Of a stretch of 40,980 nt of DNA, positions 27,391-36,041 are shown piece by piece. Position numbers and translations under genes: made by a program. The stretch lies in the UHGV virus genome UHGV-0233651, one strand, 5' to 3'. How positions within the stretch are numbered: position 1 is the first letter of the stretch; every line of letters begins with the position of its first letter. The notes under the pieces are model-generated. The model saw only the letters and a list, made by a program, of their open reading frames with translations, had not been told where the DNA came from and searched no databases. The stretch is from a virus.

Positions 27391-28449
27391 ATGACTAATC
27401 AAAATACACCGCAAGTATTCAAATCACAGTTAGCAAAAATTAATGATACCTATATGCCGCAGATTGAAACCCAACTCCGTGGCAATGGAATTCATATGAC
27501 GGAGTATCAACGCACTGTTGTAATCAATGCAATTTCTTCGATCAATGAAATGCTGGTCAAAGAAGCATTAAGTATCGGTGATATTGATCAGAGTAATATT
27601 ACTCAGACATTAATGAATGTCGCTGCTTTACAGTTGAACGCTGCAGCAACACCAAGGGAAGTCTATTTCATTAAACGAAATCAAAAAAACAAGGATGGAA
27701 ATAAGATACAAGTCATTGAAATGGGAATTGAAGGTGACGGGAACGATGCAATACTTTCTCGCTTTGGCCGGAATGTCAAAACAGTTCATCGTCATTGGGA
27801 AGTTCGGAAAGGTGACGATTTTACTTATCCAGGCTATGCCGGCTTAGAAGTTACGCCACCTACGTGGTTCCCAAAAGGTGAAGGCGAAGTCATCCGAGTT
27901 GTTTATCCAATAGAGTATAACGACGGCCAAGTAGAGTATTTCATTAGCGAACGAGAAGATGTGAAATCTAATCTATTAGCTCATATGTACAACAATCTGA
28001 TGTGGGATAACGACAAGGTTAATAAGAAAGCCAAAATAAAAGAATTTGCTGATACTCATTCACTTGATGAAATTCTAAACAGCGAAGAAATGCAACGGCT
28101 TGGAAATATTAGTCCGGCTTGGAAAGAACCACAGAGTCGGGAAGCAATGATCGTGCGAAAAATGCGAAATCGAATTGTTAAGAAAATCCCTAAAGATTTT
28201 TCAAATGCCTATATCCAATCAGTTGTGGAATCAGTTGAAGATGATTTTGCAGCTCGTCAGTATTCCCGAAAAGAAGCGGAAATCATCGAAGAAATCAACG
28301 AAAATGCTAATAAAGAAGTTCTTGATCCTGAACCAATCAAAGAGGAAAGGCCTTCGAACGTTAACGAGAACGGAGAAATTCAAGAAACAGTGTTTGATGA
28401 ACCAGATATATCACCTGCCGATGTTGAGGATGTTGATCCATATGCTTAA
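27391..28449 (+). CDS. recT: RecT-family single-strand annealing protein
   Basis: The central region PREVYFIKRNQKNKDGNKIQVIEMGIEGDGNDAILSRFG parallels the RecT core (AYLLPFGNK...IIGYRG). The C-terminus is an acidic tail. Confidence 0.6.
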   Translation: MTNQNTPQVFKSQLAKINDTYMPQIETQLRGNGIHMTEYQRTVVINAISSINEMLVKEALSIGDIDQSNITQTLMNVAALQLNAAATPREVYFIKRNQKNKDGNKIQVIEMGIEGDGNDAILSRFGRNVKTVHRHWEVRKGDDFTYPGYAGLEVTPPTWFPKGEGEVIRVVYPIEYNDGQVEYFISEREDVKSNLLAHMYNNLMWDNDKVNKKAKIKEFADTHSLDEILNSEEMQRLGNISPAWKEPQSREAMIVRKMRNRIVKKIPKDFSNAYIQSVVESVEDDFAARQYSRKEAEIIEEINENANKEVLDPEPIKEERPSNVNENGEIQETVFDEPDISPADVEDVDPYA

Positions 28450-29170
28450 GATAAAAAGCTTTGGTTCGGGGAGTTCGGGAAACTGTTACTTGATTGATGA
28501 CGGTATTACTCAATTGATTATCGAAGCAGGAGTTCAGTACAAAAAAGTGCAAGAAGCAATGCGATTCGATTTCTCTCGAGTCGCTGGCTGCTTGATCAGC
28601 CACGAGCACCGGGATCACTGCAAATATGTTCGGCCGCTGATTGATCAAGCGAGTATCGAAGTATTTGCGACGCACGGGACCATCAACGCAATGTTTGACG
28701 ATGAATTCTTGAAGTTGAAGCGTCACCACGGTTATCAATTTACAGACCTTGGCTATAAAGCGACTAGAAAAATAGGAACATGGTTCGTCACTCCCTTTGA
28801 AACAGAGCATGATGCGGCAGAGCCTTGCGGATTCTTGATTGACAACATTTCTGGTGATCGACTGGTGTTCATTACAGATTCATATTACGTGAAATATAAG
28901 TTTCCAAATGTGACTCACATGATGGTGGAGGCCAACTATTCAAAAGATGTGATCGACGAAAAAATGATCAGTGGCTTCGATGTGAAAAGAAAAACTCGCT
29001 TACTAGAAAGCCATTTTGATTTTGATCAAACGAAAGAATTTATCAAAGCAAATAAATCCGATCGACTGCAGGAAGTCTGGCTTCTCCATCTATCCGATTC
29101 AAATAGCATCGAAAAACAATTTAAAGAAGAAACCCAACAGCTTGTTGGTGTTCCTGTCTATATAGCTTAG
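28442..29170 (+). CDS. MBL-fold metallo-hydrolase (putative nuclease partner of RecT)
   Basis: The HEHRDH (HxHxDH) motif is present. ATG 28442 follows GAGGATG, whereas the track start at 28175 lies inside recT. Confidence 0.7.
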   Translation: MLKIKSFGSGSSGNCYLIDDGITQLIIEAGVQYKKVQEAMRFDFSRVAGCLISHEHRDHCKYVRPLIDQASIEVFATHGTINAMFDDEFLKLKRHHGYQFTDLGYKATRKIGTWFVTPFETEHDAAEPCGFLIDNISGDRLVFITDSYYVKYKFPNVTHMMVEANYSKDVIDEKMISGFDVKRKTRLLESHFDFDQTKEFIKANKSDRLQEVWLLHLSDSNSIEKQFKEETQQLVGVPVYIA

Positions 29171-29181
29171 GTGGTGAGCAA

Positions 29182-29982
29182 ATGGCGAAAGGAGCTTTCC
29201 AGACAAGCAGAGAGATTTTTGAAAATCCTATATGGTCCGATGTCGTTAAGTTTCGAATATTTTTCTATATCTATGGAAATGCGGTCTTCGCCAATGAAGG
29301 AACGGACGTTGCAGGGATTCACATAAAGAGAGGTCAGTTTCTTAGATCGTACAGAAATCTGCAACAAGACCTTTCGTACATGGAAAAACGGGCTATAAAA
29401 ATGTACTCGTTACACACCATAAAAAACAAAATTGACCAACTTGTAAAGGAAAATCGAATTGAAATTGAACTCACCGATTACGGAACACTCTTTACAGTGG
29501 TTAATTACGAGGAATACCAAGGGTTTGAGCGATATTCAAAACCTTTATCGGAACAGCAACGAAACGGCAACGGAACAGCAAGTGAACAGCAACGGAACAA
29601 TAATAAGAATGTAAAGAATGATAAGAATGATAAGAATATAAAAGATAATGTCGCAACACGCAAAAAACGCGTGTATGCAGACGACGATCCTAATAAAAAA
29701 TTAGCCCATCTTTTATTAAAGCTCATTCGAAAAAATCAAAACATTAAAGATCCTGATCTGGATAAGTGGGCAAATGTCATTCGACTTACGATTGAAGCCG
29801 ATAAACATTCCGGAAAGGAAGTCCAAGAAATGATCGTATGGGCAACGCAACATAATTTTTGGTCAGGAGTGATTTTATCTCCTTCGAGTCTTAGGAAAAA
29901 TTGGGATAAGATGTCTGGTCAAAAAAATAAAAGATCAAATTCGCAACCACGCGAATGGAAAGAATCGGGTGATGATTTTTGA
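29182..29982 (+). CDS. replication initiation / replisome-organizer-like protein with an internal low-complexity linker
   Basis: It sits upstream of the DnaC-like loader. An iteron-like DNA repeat array lies inside the gene. RBS AGGTGGTGA is present. Confidence 0.55.
   Translation: MAKGAFQTSREIFENPIWSDVVKFRIFFYIYGNAVFANEGTDVAGIHIKRGQFLRSYRNLQQDLSYMEKRAIKMYSLHTIKNKIDQLVKENRIEIELTDYGTLFTVVNYEEYQGFERYSKPLSEQQRNGNGTASEQQRNNNKNVKNDKNDKNIKDNVATRKKRVYADDDPNKKLAHLLLKLIRKNQNIKDPDLDKWANVIRLTIEADKHSGKEVQEMIVWATQHNFWSGVILSPSSLRKNWDKMSGQKNKRSNSQPREWKESGDDF
29549..29640 (+). repeat. iteron-like direct repeat array (putative phage ori) inside the replication gene
   Basis: GAACAGCAA occurs three times and CAACGGAAC twice, interleaved. 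An AAGAATG(A/T) array follows four times. Downstream lies the palindrome ACACGC-A6-GCGTGT at 29656..29673. Confidence 0.5.
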
Positions 29983-30827
29983 TCGAAGGTATTACAAAGA
30001 GATTTGGAGCATTAGTTGAAGCAGGCCCTTGTCCGAAATGTGGTGAGCCAATGATGAAGTGGGGAAACAAAAATCCTGATGGGACGGAAAGATGTCCACC
30101 TGTATGCATTGCTGTGGGATGCGGCCACCGCGAAATGATAAATCGCAACAACAAGAAAAATCAGGTGATTGCTGATGAATCAGTAAGGAAAGCTGCTGAA
30201 TTGAAAATGATAAACAATTCGATCGTAACTGATACTAAAGTTTGGCGAAGTAGTTTCGAAAACTATAAAGTTGTCGATCAAGAAACACAACAGGCAAAAT
30301 TCAAAGCTCAAAACTGGATGAAGAAAATCCTTAATCACGAAAATCTTCACGTGATTTTCACCGGGAATCCAGGTGCAGGAAAAACGCATCTAGCAGCAGC
30401 AATTATCTTTGAAGTCTTGGAAAAATCCAACTATAAGCGGACTGTAGGGATCATTAATTTCCGAGAACTACTTGAGCAATTAAGGGTTGCTATAAATAAT
30501 GACGAAGTAAGAAGATCCATTCGGGATGCATTAATGACCGAAATCAAGAAGATGGATGTTTGTGTGATTGATGATTTGGGAGCCGAATTAGGAACTGCAG
30601 AGGAGCCTACAAAGCCGACGCCGTTCGTCATAGAAACGCTACAATCGTTAGCTGAAGCTCGTTTGGAAAAAGCAACGATCTTTACCAGTAATTTAAATTC
30701 AAAACAGATTTTGACTTTGTACGGCGAAAGAATTTATTCGCGAATGATGAATGGAGCAAAAGCTGATGACAAACTAAGTGCTTTTCGATTTAAAGAAACA
30801 TCTGATAAAAGGAGGAATCCACTTTGA
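29979..30827 (+). CDS. DnaC/DnaI-like helicase loader (IstB-like AAA+) with an N-terminal zinc-binding motif
   Basis: Walker A is FTGNPGAGKTHLAAAI and Walker B is CVIDDLGAE. CPKCG...CPPVC is present. The TTG start at 29979 is uncertain, and ATG 30051 is an alternative. Confidence 0.75.
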   Translation: MIEGITKRFGALVEAGPCPKCGEPMMKWGNKNPDGTERCPPVCIAVGCGHREMINRNNKKNQVIADESVRKAAELKMINNSIVTDTKVWRSSFENYKVVDQETQQAKFKAQNWMKKILNHENLHVIFTGNPGAGKTHLAAAIIFEVLEKSNYKRTVGIINFRELLEQLRVAINNDEVRRSIRDALMTEIKKMDVCVIDDLGAELGTAEEPTKPTPFVIETLQSLAEARLEKATIFTSNLNSKQILTLYGERIYSRMMNGAKADDKLSAFRFKETSDKRRNPL

Positions 30828-31063
30828 GTTATGTAGTAAAAGCAATGTGTTATCTGGATGATCGCGGGCTTGGTCATCCCTCATTGGAACATGCCAAAAA
30901 GCACGAAGATTATGAGTTCGCGGATGCTGTAGCTCAAATATCTAACGGCCGGATCGTCGAGATCATTGATCAAAAAGATAGAAAAATTGTTCGTACTAAA
31001 ATCGAGGCAAAAAATAGAAAGGCACCCAAGAAGGCGAATCAGGCTTGGATGCGAAAGGAATGA
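30824..31063 (+). CDS. hypothetical protein
   Basis: The TTG start follows AGGAGGAA. Confidence 0.45.
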   Translation: MSYVVKAMCYLDDRGLGHPSLEHAKKHEDYEFADAVAQISNGRIVEIIDQKDRKIVRTKIEAKNRKAPKKANQAWMRKE

Positions 31064-31067
31064 TTGA

Positions 31068-31541
31068 ATGTCCAATAGTCCAACAGCTTTAAATAAGCGC
31101 GGTAATAAAGTGATCATTGACGGATACACCTTCGACTCAGAGAAAGAGGCTCAATTTTATATCAGGTTTGTCCGTGATTGCGGATTACCGTTTGAAGTAC
31201 ATCCACGATTCAAATTGACGGAGTTGACCGAGTTGCCAACTGGCGGCGGGAAAATATCTGCAATTGCCTATTCGCCGGATTTCATTATTAAGGACCATGC
31301 CGGAAAATGGCTGCATGTGATCGACGTGAAAAACAGCTTCGGTATTTATGGAATTGATCAGGCAAATAAGCTTCGGTTCCGACTATTCGCAATCACTCAC
31401 GGCCATCCGGTCGAAGCGGTCGTGATCAGGAAGAATGATTTCAAAGTGATCACTCAAGGCGTTACGAAGCCTTTGAATGATAAAAAACCGTTTGTTACTA
31501 CCAATTTTGATTATCACTGGAAAGATGCAACGAATTATTAG
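31068..31541 (+). CDS. DUF1064-like protein with a putative PD-(D/E)XK nuclease fold
   Basis: The motif is ...SPDFII...HVIDVKN... The gene sits in the replication/recombination module. Confidence 0.45.
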   Translation: MSNSPTALNKRGNKVIIDGYTFDSEKEAQFYIRFVRDCGLPFEVHPRFKLTELTELPTGGGKISAIAYSPDFIIKDHAGKWLHVIDVKNSFGIYGIDQANKLRFRLFAITHGHPVEAVVIRKNDFKVITQGVTKPLNDKKPFVTTNFDYHWKDATNY

Positions 31542-31550
31542 GAGGACAAT

Positions 31551-31676
31551 ATGATAAAAGACTTATTCAAAGCAACGGGCGGTTGCCTCACTTTAGCAAT
31601 TGGACTAGTGATCTTTGTCGCTATTCTAATGGCTGTAGTTAAGATAGTTGTTCTGATGTGGCACGTCGTGTTTTAG
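31551..31676 (+). CDS. small hydrophobic peptide (41 aa)
   Basis: A strong RBS TAGGAGGACAAT is present. A single TM is predicted. Confidence 0.3.
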   Translation: MIKDLFKATGGCLTLAIGLVIFVAILMAVVKIVVLMWHVVF

Positions 31677-31687
31677 GAGGTTAATTA

Positions 31688-31876
31688 ATGAAAATCAGTG
31701 ATTTAGGAACCATCTTGAATGGTATTTCGAAAATTCACGGTGATGAATCTAGAAAAGTCACTATTGATGCAATCCAATACGAAAAAGGTAAAACGCTGCA
31801 TGTGTCTACGTCAACGGATTCTGTAGACGTAATAGCGAGCGTCATGATAGACATCAAAAACGAGGAGGACAAATAA
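31688..31876 (+). CDS. hypothetical protein (62 aa)
   Basis: RBS AGGAGG is present. Confidence 0.45.
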   Translation: MKISDLGTILNGISKIHGDESRKVTIDAIQYEKGKTLHVSTSTDSVDVIASVMIDIKNEEDK

Positions 31877-32683
31877 ATGTCAATTGAATTTAAACCAACA
31901 ATCAAATCGATCAATATAGCAAGTGAGGATTTGACCAAGATTACTTTAGAGGTGAAGAACGGCTCTTTGGATGGTCAATACGAGGATTTAAGAAAATTAT
32001 CAGGAAAAACGGTAGTTGTGGCCATGTTGCCTGATCATTATTCTTATATTCAAAAGTTTGATCGTAGTACCAATAAACCCGTTCAGGAATGGATCGTCAA
32101 TCCTGACGGCACAGCAGAAATGAAGGAAACAGAACAAACCCAATTAGATGTTGATGGAAAAGGCAACATTGATATTCGAGAAATCGAGAAGAAAGTTGAT
32201 AAAGATTTGATTGATGAATACATCATGAAATCTAATTCGATTGAATTCCCAGGAATCATTAATCCTCGTGATGTTATTTCTCGGTTAGACCAAGGAGATG
32301 ATCTAGGAGAAGTAGCTGATGCATATGAAATGTCTGACGCCGCTCTATTGGCAGAGATCGAAAAAGCTCGGAAACATTTTGCTCCGTTTGCGGATGCATG
32401 GAATAAGGTTCGAGATGAAGTAGTATTCCAAGATTCTGACGCTGAGGAAGTCGATGCAGAAGATGAAAATGAAACGGAATCGGCTGATTTGGAAACAAAA
32501 ACACCAGATTCTGACCAAAGTTCATCTTCAAATGATGAAGAGGCTCCTAGAGTTGATGCAGAAACTGATGGTGATTCACTTGGTGAATCAGATCCTTACG
32601 GAAATGAACCGGCGGAAATTGAAAATTCTGAGTCTGATGATCAAACGGATGACGAAAATCCGGAAGATGATCCATATAAATAA
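31877..32683 (+). CDS. hypothetical protein with an extremely acidic C-terminal tail of about 90 aa
   Basis: RBS GAGGAGGA is present. The C-terminal third is D/E/S-rich. Confidence 0.55.
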   Translation: MSIEFKPTIKSINIASEDLTKITLEVKNGSLDGQYEDLRKLSGKTVVVAMLPDHYSYIQKFDRSTNKPVQEWIVNPDGTAEMKETEQTQLDVDGKGNIDIREIEKKVDKDLIDEYIMKSNSIEFPGIINPRDVISRLDQGDDLGEVADAYEMSDAALLAEIEKARKHFAPFADAWNKVRDEVVFQDSDAEEVDAEDENETESADLETKTPDSDQSSSSNDEEAPRVDAETDGDSLGESDPYGNEPAEIENSESDDQTDDENPEDDPYK

Positions 32684-32696
32684 AAAGGATCGGATT

Positions 32697-32873
32697 TTGA
32701 TATTGGAAGAAGCGAAATGGATTTGGTCCAACGAGGAAATAGAGCGTGCTATATCGCTCTTTTCCTTAGGATTGACTCCTAGTAGAGTTGCAGAGGTCAT
32801 GGATCAAAAATACATTGATACAGGTTTGCTGTATCTCTATTTATTGGATAGCGGAAAAATAAAAATGGAGTGA
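32697..32873 (+). CDS. small Myb/SANT-like HTH protein
   Basis: WSNEEIERAISLFSLGLTPSRVAEVM resembles the repeats of the 23937 protein. The TTG start at 32697 follows AAGGA, with ATG 32667 as an alternative. The upstream part of track ORF 32454..32873 is rejected. Confidence 0.35.
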   Translation: MILEEAKWIWSNEEIERAISLFSLGLTPSRVAEVMDQKYIDTGLLYLYLLDSGKIKME

Positions 32874-32877
32874 TTGC

Positions 32878-33075
32878 ATGTTTCGAATATATCACGACGA
32901 AATTGCAGCAATAGTGGTCGATGAAGTTAATCGATGCTTTTGCTACACAACTATTTCAAAGGCTAAACAAATTACTAAAGGAATCCAGACAACAATTAGC
33001 CACCGGTCTGCATTATATCAACGAGAAGAATATCTTTTAGAACTCGGATATAAGAAGGAACAGTTTATTACATGA
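32878..33075 (+). CDS. hypothetical protein
   Basis: RBS GGAGTGA is present. Confidence 0.45.
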   Translation: MFRIYHDEIAAIVVDEVNRCFCYTTISKAKQITKGIQTTISHRSALYQREEYLLELGYKKEQFIT

Positions 33076-33371
33076 AAAGGATGATTGAAATGAAATTTAG
33101 AAAGAAACCAGTAGTAATCGAAGCGTTTCAGTATGACGGAGATTTGATTTATTCCGATGGCACACCGTATGCACCAGATTGGGCAATGGAAGCAAACGAG
33201 AACGGCGTGTTCTTTTGGGAAGGGCAAGGAGACTTATATATCAAAACTCTCGAAGGAAACATGCTAGTGACACCCGGAGATTATGTGATCAAAGGAGTAC
33301 AAGGTGAACTGTACCCATGTAAGCCTGATATTTTTGAAGCAACCTATGAAGCAGTGGAGGACGGCGAATGA
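33072..33371 (+). CDS. hypothetical protein
   Basis: The ATGA overlap couples it to the preceding gene. Confidence 0.5.
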   Translation: MKRMIEMKFRKKPVVIEAFQYDGDLIYSDGTPYAPDWAMEANENGVFFWEGQGDLYIKTLEGNMLVTPGDYVIKGVQGELYPCKPDIFEATYEAVEDGE

Positions 33372-33535
33372 AAGATTTAATAACTTTCTTACTAGCGATT
33401 ATGATTTTCGGACCAAGCATAAACGTGACTGATAAGAATGGCAAATTAAGATTCACCTATACAGGAGTCATAGGTGAAATCTTTCGATATATCTACTGGA
33501 TTATCGAAAAGTTCGCAAAAAAGATCAGTGGTTAG
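33368..33535 (+). CDS. small membrane peptide (55 aa)
   Basis: An ATGA overlap with the preceding gene is present. The N-terminus is hydrophobic. Confidence 0.35.
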   Translation: MKDLITFLLAIMIFGPSINVTDKNGKLRFTYTGVIGEIFRYIYWIIEKFAKKISG

Positions 33536-33580
33536 TTCCGGTAACCACGCCTATAACGGAGAACAAAGGAGATTAACAAA

Positions 33581-34129
33581 ATGAAAAATTACAAATTAAT
33601 TTTGATCGTAATAGGAACAATTTTAGCTATTGTTTTCGCAACTTTCTTATATAGCAAGTCTGTTGAAAATAAAGCGATAGTTTTGGAAGAATCAATTTCC
33701 GAGTCAAAATCAGCTATTAGTAAAGAAGAGCAACGAAGAGTGGATTTGTTCTCTAATCTAGTTGATGCGATCCAGAATTACAACAGTTATGAAAGTAATA
33801 CTTTGGAAAAAATCGTAGATGCAAGAAAAACCGCTGAGAGTGGAGATGTCGAAAAGGCATCAGAAAAGTTGTCAGTGGTAGTTGAAAAGTATCCTGATTT
33901 AAAAAGTCAGAAAAATTACCAAACAACAATGAAGGAGTTTTCTATCACAGAAAATCGTTTAGCTGATTATCGTGATAGCTATAATGATTTCGTTAAGCAA
34001 TATAAACGATATATCCGTAAGTTTCCGGTGAAACAATTTTTATCAATGTCAGGATACGATATCCAAAGTTACAAATATTTAGAGTTTACTGTTGATAATA
34101 AGGCTGCTACTAATATTTTTGGTAAATAG
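33581..34129 (+). CDS. lemA: LemA-family protein
   Basis: An N-terminal TM is followed by QRRVDLFSNLVDAIQNY...VVVEKYPDLK...YRDSYNDFVKQYKRYIRKFP. These match conserved LemA blocks. Confidence 0.75.
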   Translation: MKNYKLILIVIGTILAIVFATFLYSKSVENKAIVLEESISESKSAISKEEQRRVDLFSNLVDAIQNYNSYESNTLEKIVDARKTAESGDVEKASEKLSVVVEKYPDLKSQKNYQTTMKEFSITENRLADYRDSYNDFVKQYKRYIRKFPVKQFLSMSGYDIQSYKYLEFTVDNKAATNIFGK

Positions 34130-34132
34130 CTT

Positions 34133-34879
34133 ATGGGACAAATCGAAGTTACGAAAAGAGAAATAATCTTGTGTATCGCAATAACAGCAGTGTTAATAGG
34201 TGTTGGATTTCTTTTATCAGGCAAGGTATTAGAATCTTCAACCGATAAAGAGAGAATTTACAACACGGCTACAAAAGCTAAAACAAAAGAAGACTTTGAC
34301 TATTCGCTAGAAACCGAACAAGGACACTTAATTTCAGAAGGCAAGTTTATCACGGTTGATCCAGTAACTTTTCCTGAATTGGACCAAGAATTTTCGTATG
34401 TAAGTAAAACTAGAGAAGTTTATACCATGCACACACGGCAGGTACCTATTTATGGTGCTAAAGGTAAAATAACTGGCTATAAAACTGAGACATATTGGAC
34501 ATGGGATTATGCAGGATCAGAAAAAAAGATTGCGAAGTATTTACGATTTTACGATCACAAATTTAAGACTGATAAATTTAGTTTAATCAGTTCAAAAAGA
34601 TACGGTGGTTATCGCTATGAAACTTCACACATCAGATATTATTACGATGTTGTTCCTAGTAGCTTTAGGGCTAGCTTTATCGCTAAGGCTAATAGAAAAG
34701 GGCTGGTTCCTTCTTTTGGAAAAAGAATTGAATTATCTAACCAAACATTGAGTGATCAAATCGAATATGGGAAAAATATTAGCAGAAAGTCATCGATTAT
34801 TTTTTGGGCTTTCTGGATTGTATTAACAATTGCCGCCAATGCTGCGTTTGTTGCACTGGATAATAAGTATTTGAATTAA
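34133..34879 (+). CDS. membrane protein with N- and C-terminal TM segments, partnered with LemA
   Basis: The ORF starts 3 nt after the lemA stop. Two hydrophobic segments flank a basic/aromatic central domain. Confidence 0.5.
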   Translation: MGQIEVTKREIILCIAITAVLIGVGFLLSGKVLESSTDKERIYNTATKAKTKEDFDYSLETEQGHLISEGKFITVDPVTFPELDQEFSYVSKTREVYTMHTRQVPIYGAKGKITGYKTETYWTWDYAGSEKKIAKYLRFYDHKFKTDKFSLISSKRYGGYRYETSHIRYYYDVVPSSFRASFIAKANRKGLVPSFGKRIELSNQTLSDQIEYGKNISRKSSIIFWAFWIVLTIAANAAFVALDNKYLN

Positions 34880-34894
34880 TTCAGGAGGAAACAA

Positions 34895-35056
34895 ATGTTT
34901 AATTATGATGATTTTGCTGTATATATAGTAAAAATGCAGAAGGCATTAATGAAACAGGGGCAGGATAGACAAGAAGCATTCAACAACGCTTTAGCAGTTT
35001 GGTCATTCGCAAGTTTAATAAAAAATCAGAAAGGACAAAGTGATGGGGAAAACTAA
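34895..35056 (+). CDS. small protein (53 aa)
   Basis: A strong RBS AGGAGGAA is present. Confidence 0.4.
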   Translation: MFNYDDFAVYIVKMQKALMKQGQDRQEAFNNALAVWSFASLIKNQKGQSDGEN

Positions 35057-35141
35057 ATCAAAGATTAAGAAGAAAAAGCGTCGGCTGCAGCAAAAAGCAG
35101 AAGCAAATGGGACGGCCAAAAAGAAACGAGGTCAAAGGTAA
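35043..35141 (+). CDS. tiny lysine/arginine-rich peptide (32 aa)
   Basis: The ATG overlaps the previous stop region. RBS AAAGGA is present. The protein has very low complexity. Confidence 0.2.
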   Translation: MGKTKSKIKKKKRRLQQKAEANGTAKKKRGQR

Positions 35142-35144
35142 TTC

Positions 35145-35315
35145 ATGGATACAATAGATGAAATAAACTCGTTGATTGCTAAGTATAATTTTCCATTAGA
35201 GGTATTACAAGATATAAATCATCGTTTGGAGTGCTGTAAAGATGATTTCTATGTAAAACAACAACTGAGATATTTAAATAATTTAGTTAATGCAGGTCTT
35301 GTAAGTGAAAAATAA
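35145..35315 (+). CDS. small protein (56 aa)
   Basis: A TAATTCATG overlap is present. A hairpin follows. Confidence 0.35.
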   Translation: MDTIDEINSLIAKYNFPLEVLQDINHRLECCKDDFYVKQQLRYLNNLVNAGLVSEK

Positions 35316-35385
35316 AAAAGCCGGATTCCTCCGGCTGATACTAATTATTCGCATTTTTAGTATATCACAAGGGGGAATCGCGGTC

Positions 35386-35856
35386 ATGGCACTTTTTGAT
35401 GTTTCTAAATACGAAATGCCGGCTAAAGAAAATGTTGATATGGAGAGAACAAAATATAACGTGGGTGTCTTTTTAGGTGAATATTTGGCATCGAGAAGTA
35501 GAGTGGGACAACCGAGAGAACCCAAAATTACATCCAGTTTCTCCCTTGTGCCTCCTACTCATTCATCAGTGAATCATCCGGAAGCAGAGCAGTTACTTAT
35601 CCAAAATGAGACAGCTCAAGAAGAGTTTACCTACTTCCATAAATTATTTGTGCAAGGTTTTTCAGCAGTTCAACATCCATTTAAGCCGGATATAACTAAA
35701 CGCAGAAAACAAATTTTTTATGATAGATACATTCATGGTTACTCTGTTAATTTCACCGCAGAGCGTTGCCATGTTAGCGAAGAACTAGTTAAACAAGAAT
35801 CAAGCGTGATATTGATTCAGTTCGCCTCTGCATTGGAATTAGTAAGGTTCAAATAA
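35386..35856 (+). CDS. arpU: ArpU/RinA-family late transcriptional regulator
   Basis: The N-terminus MALFDVSKYEMPAKENVDMERTKYNVGVFLGEY...PREPKITSSFSLVPP matches ArpU-family hallmarks. The gene is upstream of the packaging genes. Confidence 0.7.
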   Translation: MALFDVSKYEMPAKENVDMERTKYNVGVFLGEYLASRSRVGQPREPKITSSFSLVPPTHSSVNHPEAEQLLIQNETAQEEFTYFHKLFVQGFSAVQHPFKPDITKRRKQIFYDRYIHGYSVNFTAERCHVSEELVKQESSVILIQFASALELVRFK

Positions 35857-35867
35857 TACACGTAAAC

Positions 35868-35911
35868 TACCCTTTTTATACCTCCTTTTTACCTGCTATC
35901 TACCTATTTTC
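35868..35911 (+). repeat. four direct TACC repeats phased at 11 bp, at 35868, 35879, 35890 and 35901
   Basis: The units are TACCctttttaTACCtcctttttTACCtgctatcTACCtattttc. Each TACC is followed by a T-rich track with a helical-turn period. The array lies directly downstream of arpU. Confidence 0.5.
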
Positions 35912-36013
35912 AGAGTTATTATGGTAGTGTCGAAAGATAAGGAAAGCGATCGACCAGCTAAATTAGATTACTCACAATAAAAATTAACTGGTCGATTAAA
36001 TCACGTGAAACTG

Positions 36014-36041
36014 GCAGCTCATTTATTGGGCTGCTTTTTTG
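36014..36041 (+). terminator. weak hairpin plus T6
   Basis: GCAGC-(11 nt)-GCTGC is followed by TTTTTTG. Confidence 0.35.

Noticed and set aside
28175-28449. Upstream extension of the MBL-hydrolase ORF (track start 28175)
   Set aside because: It overlaps recT in another frame for 275 nt. A good RBS plus ATG at 28442 gives the conserved MBL N-terminus MLKIKSFGSGSSGNCYLID.
32454-32696. Long alternative-frame ORF across the acidic-tail coding region
   Set aside because: It is the K-rich mirror frame of the poly-D/E coding sequence. Only the distal 58-68 codons (32667 or 32697 onward) look like a real gene.
35305-35385. GTG-initiated N-terminal extension of arpU (track start 35305)
   Set aside because: The extension runs through a hairpin and has no RBS. 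ArpU-family proteins start at MALF… (ATG 35386, RBS AAGGGGGAA).
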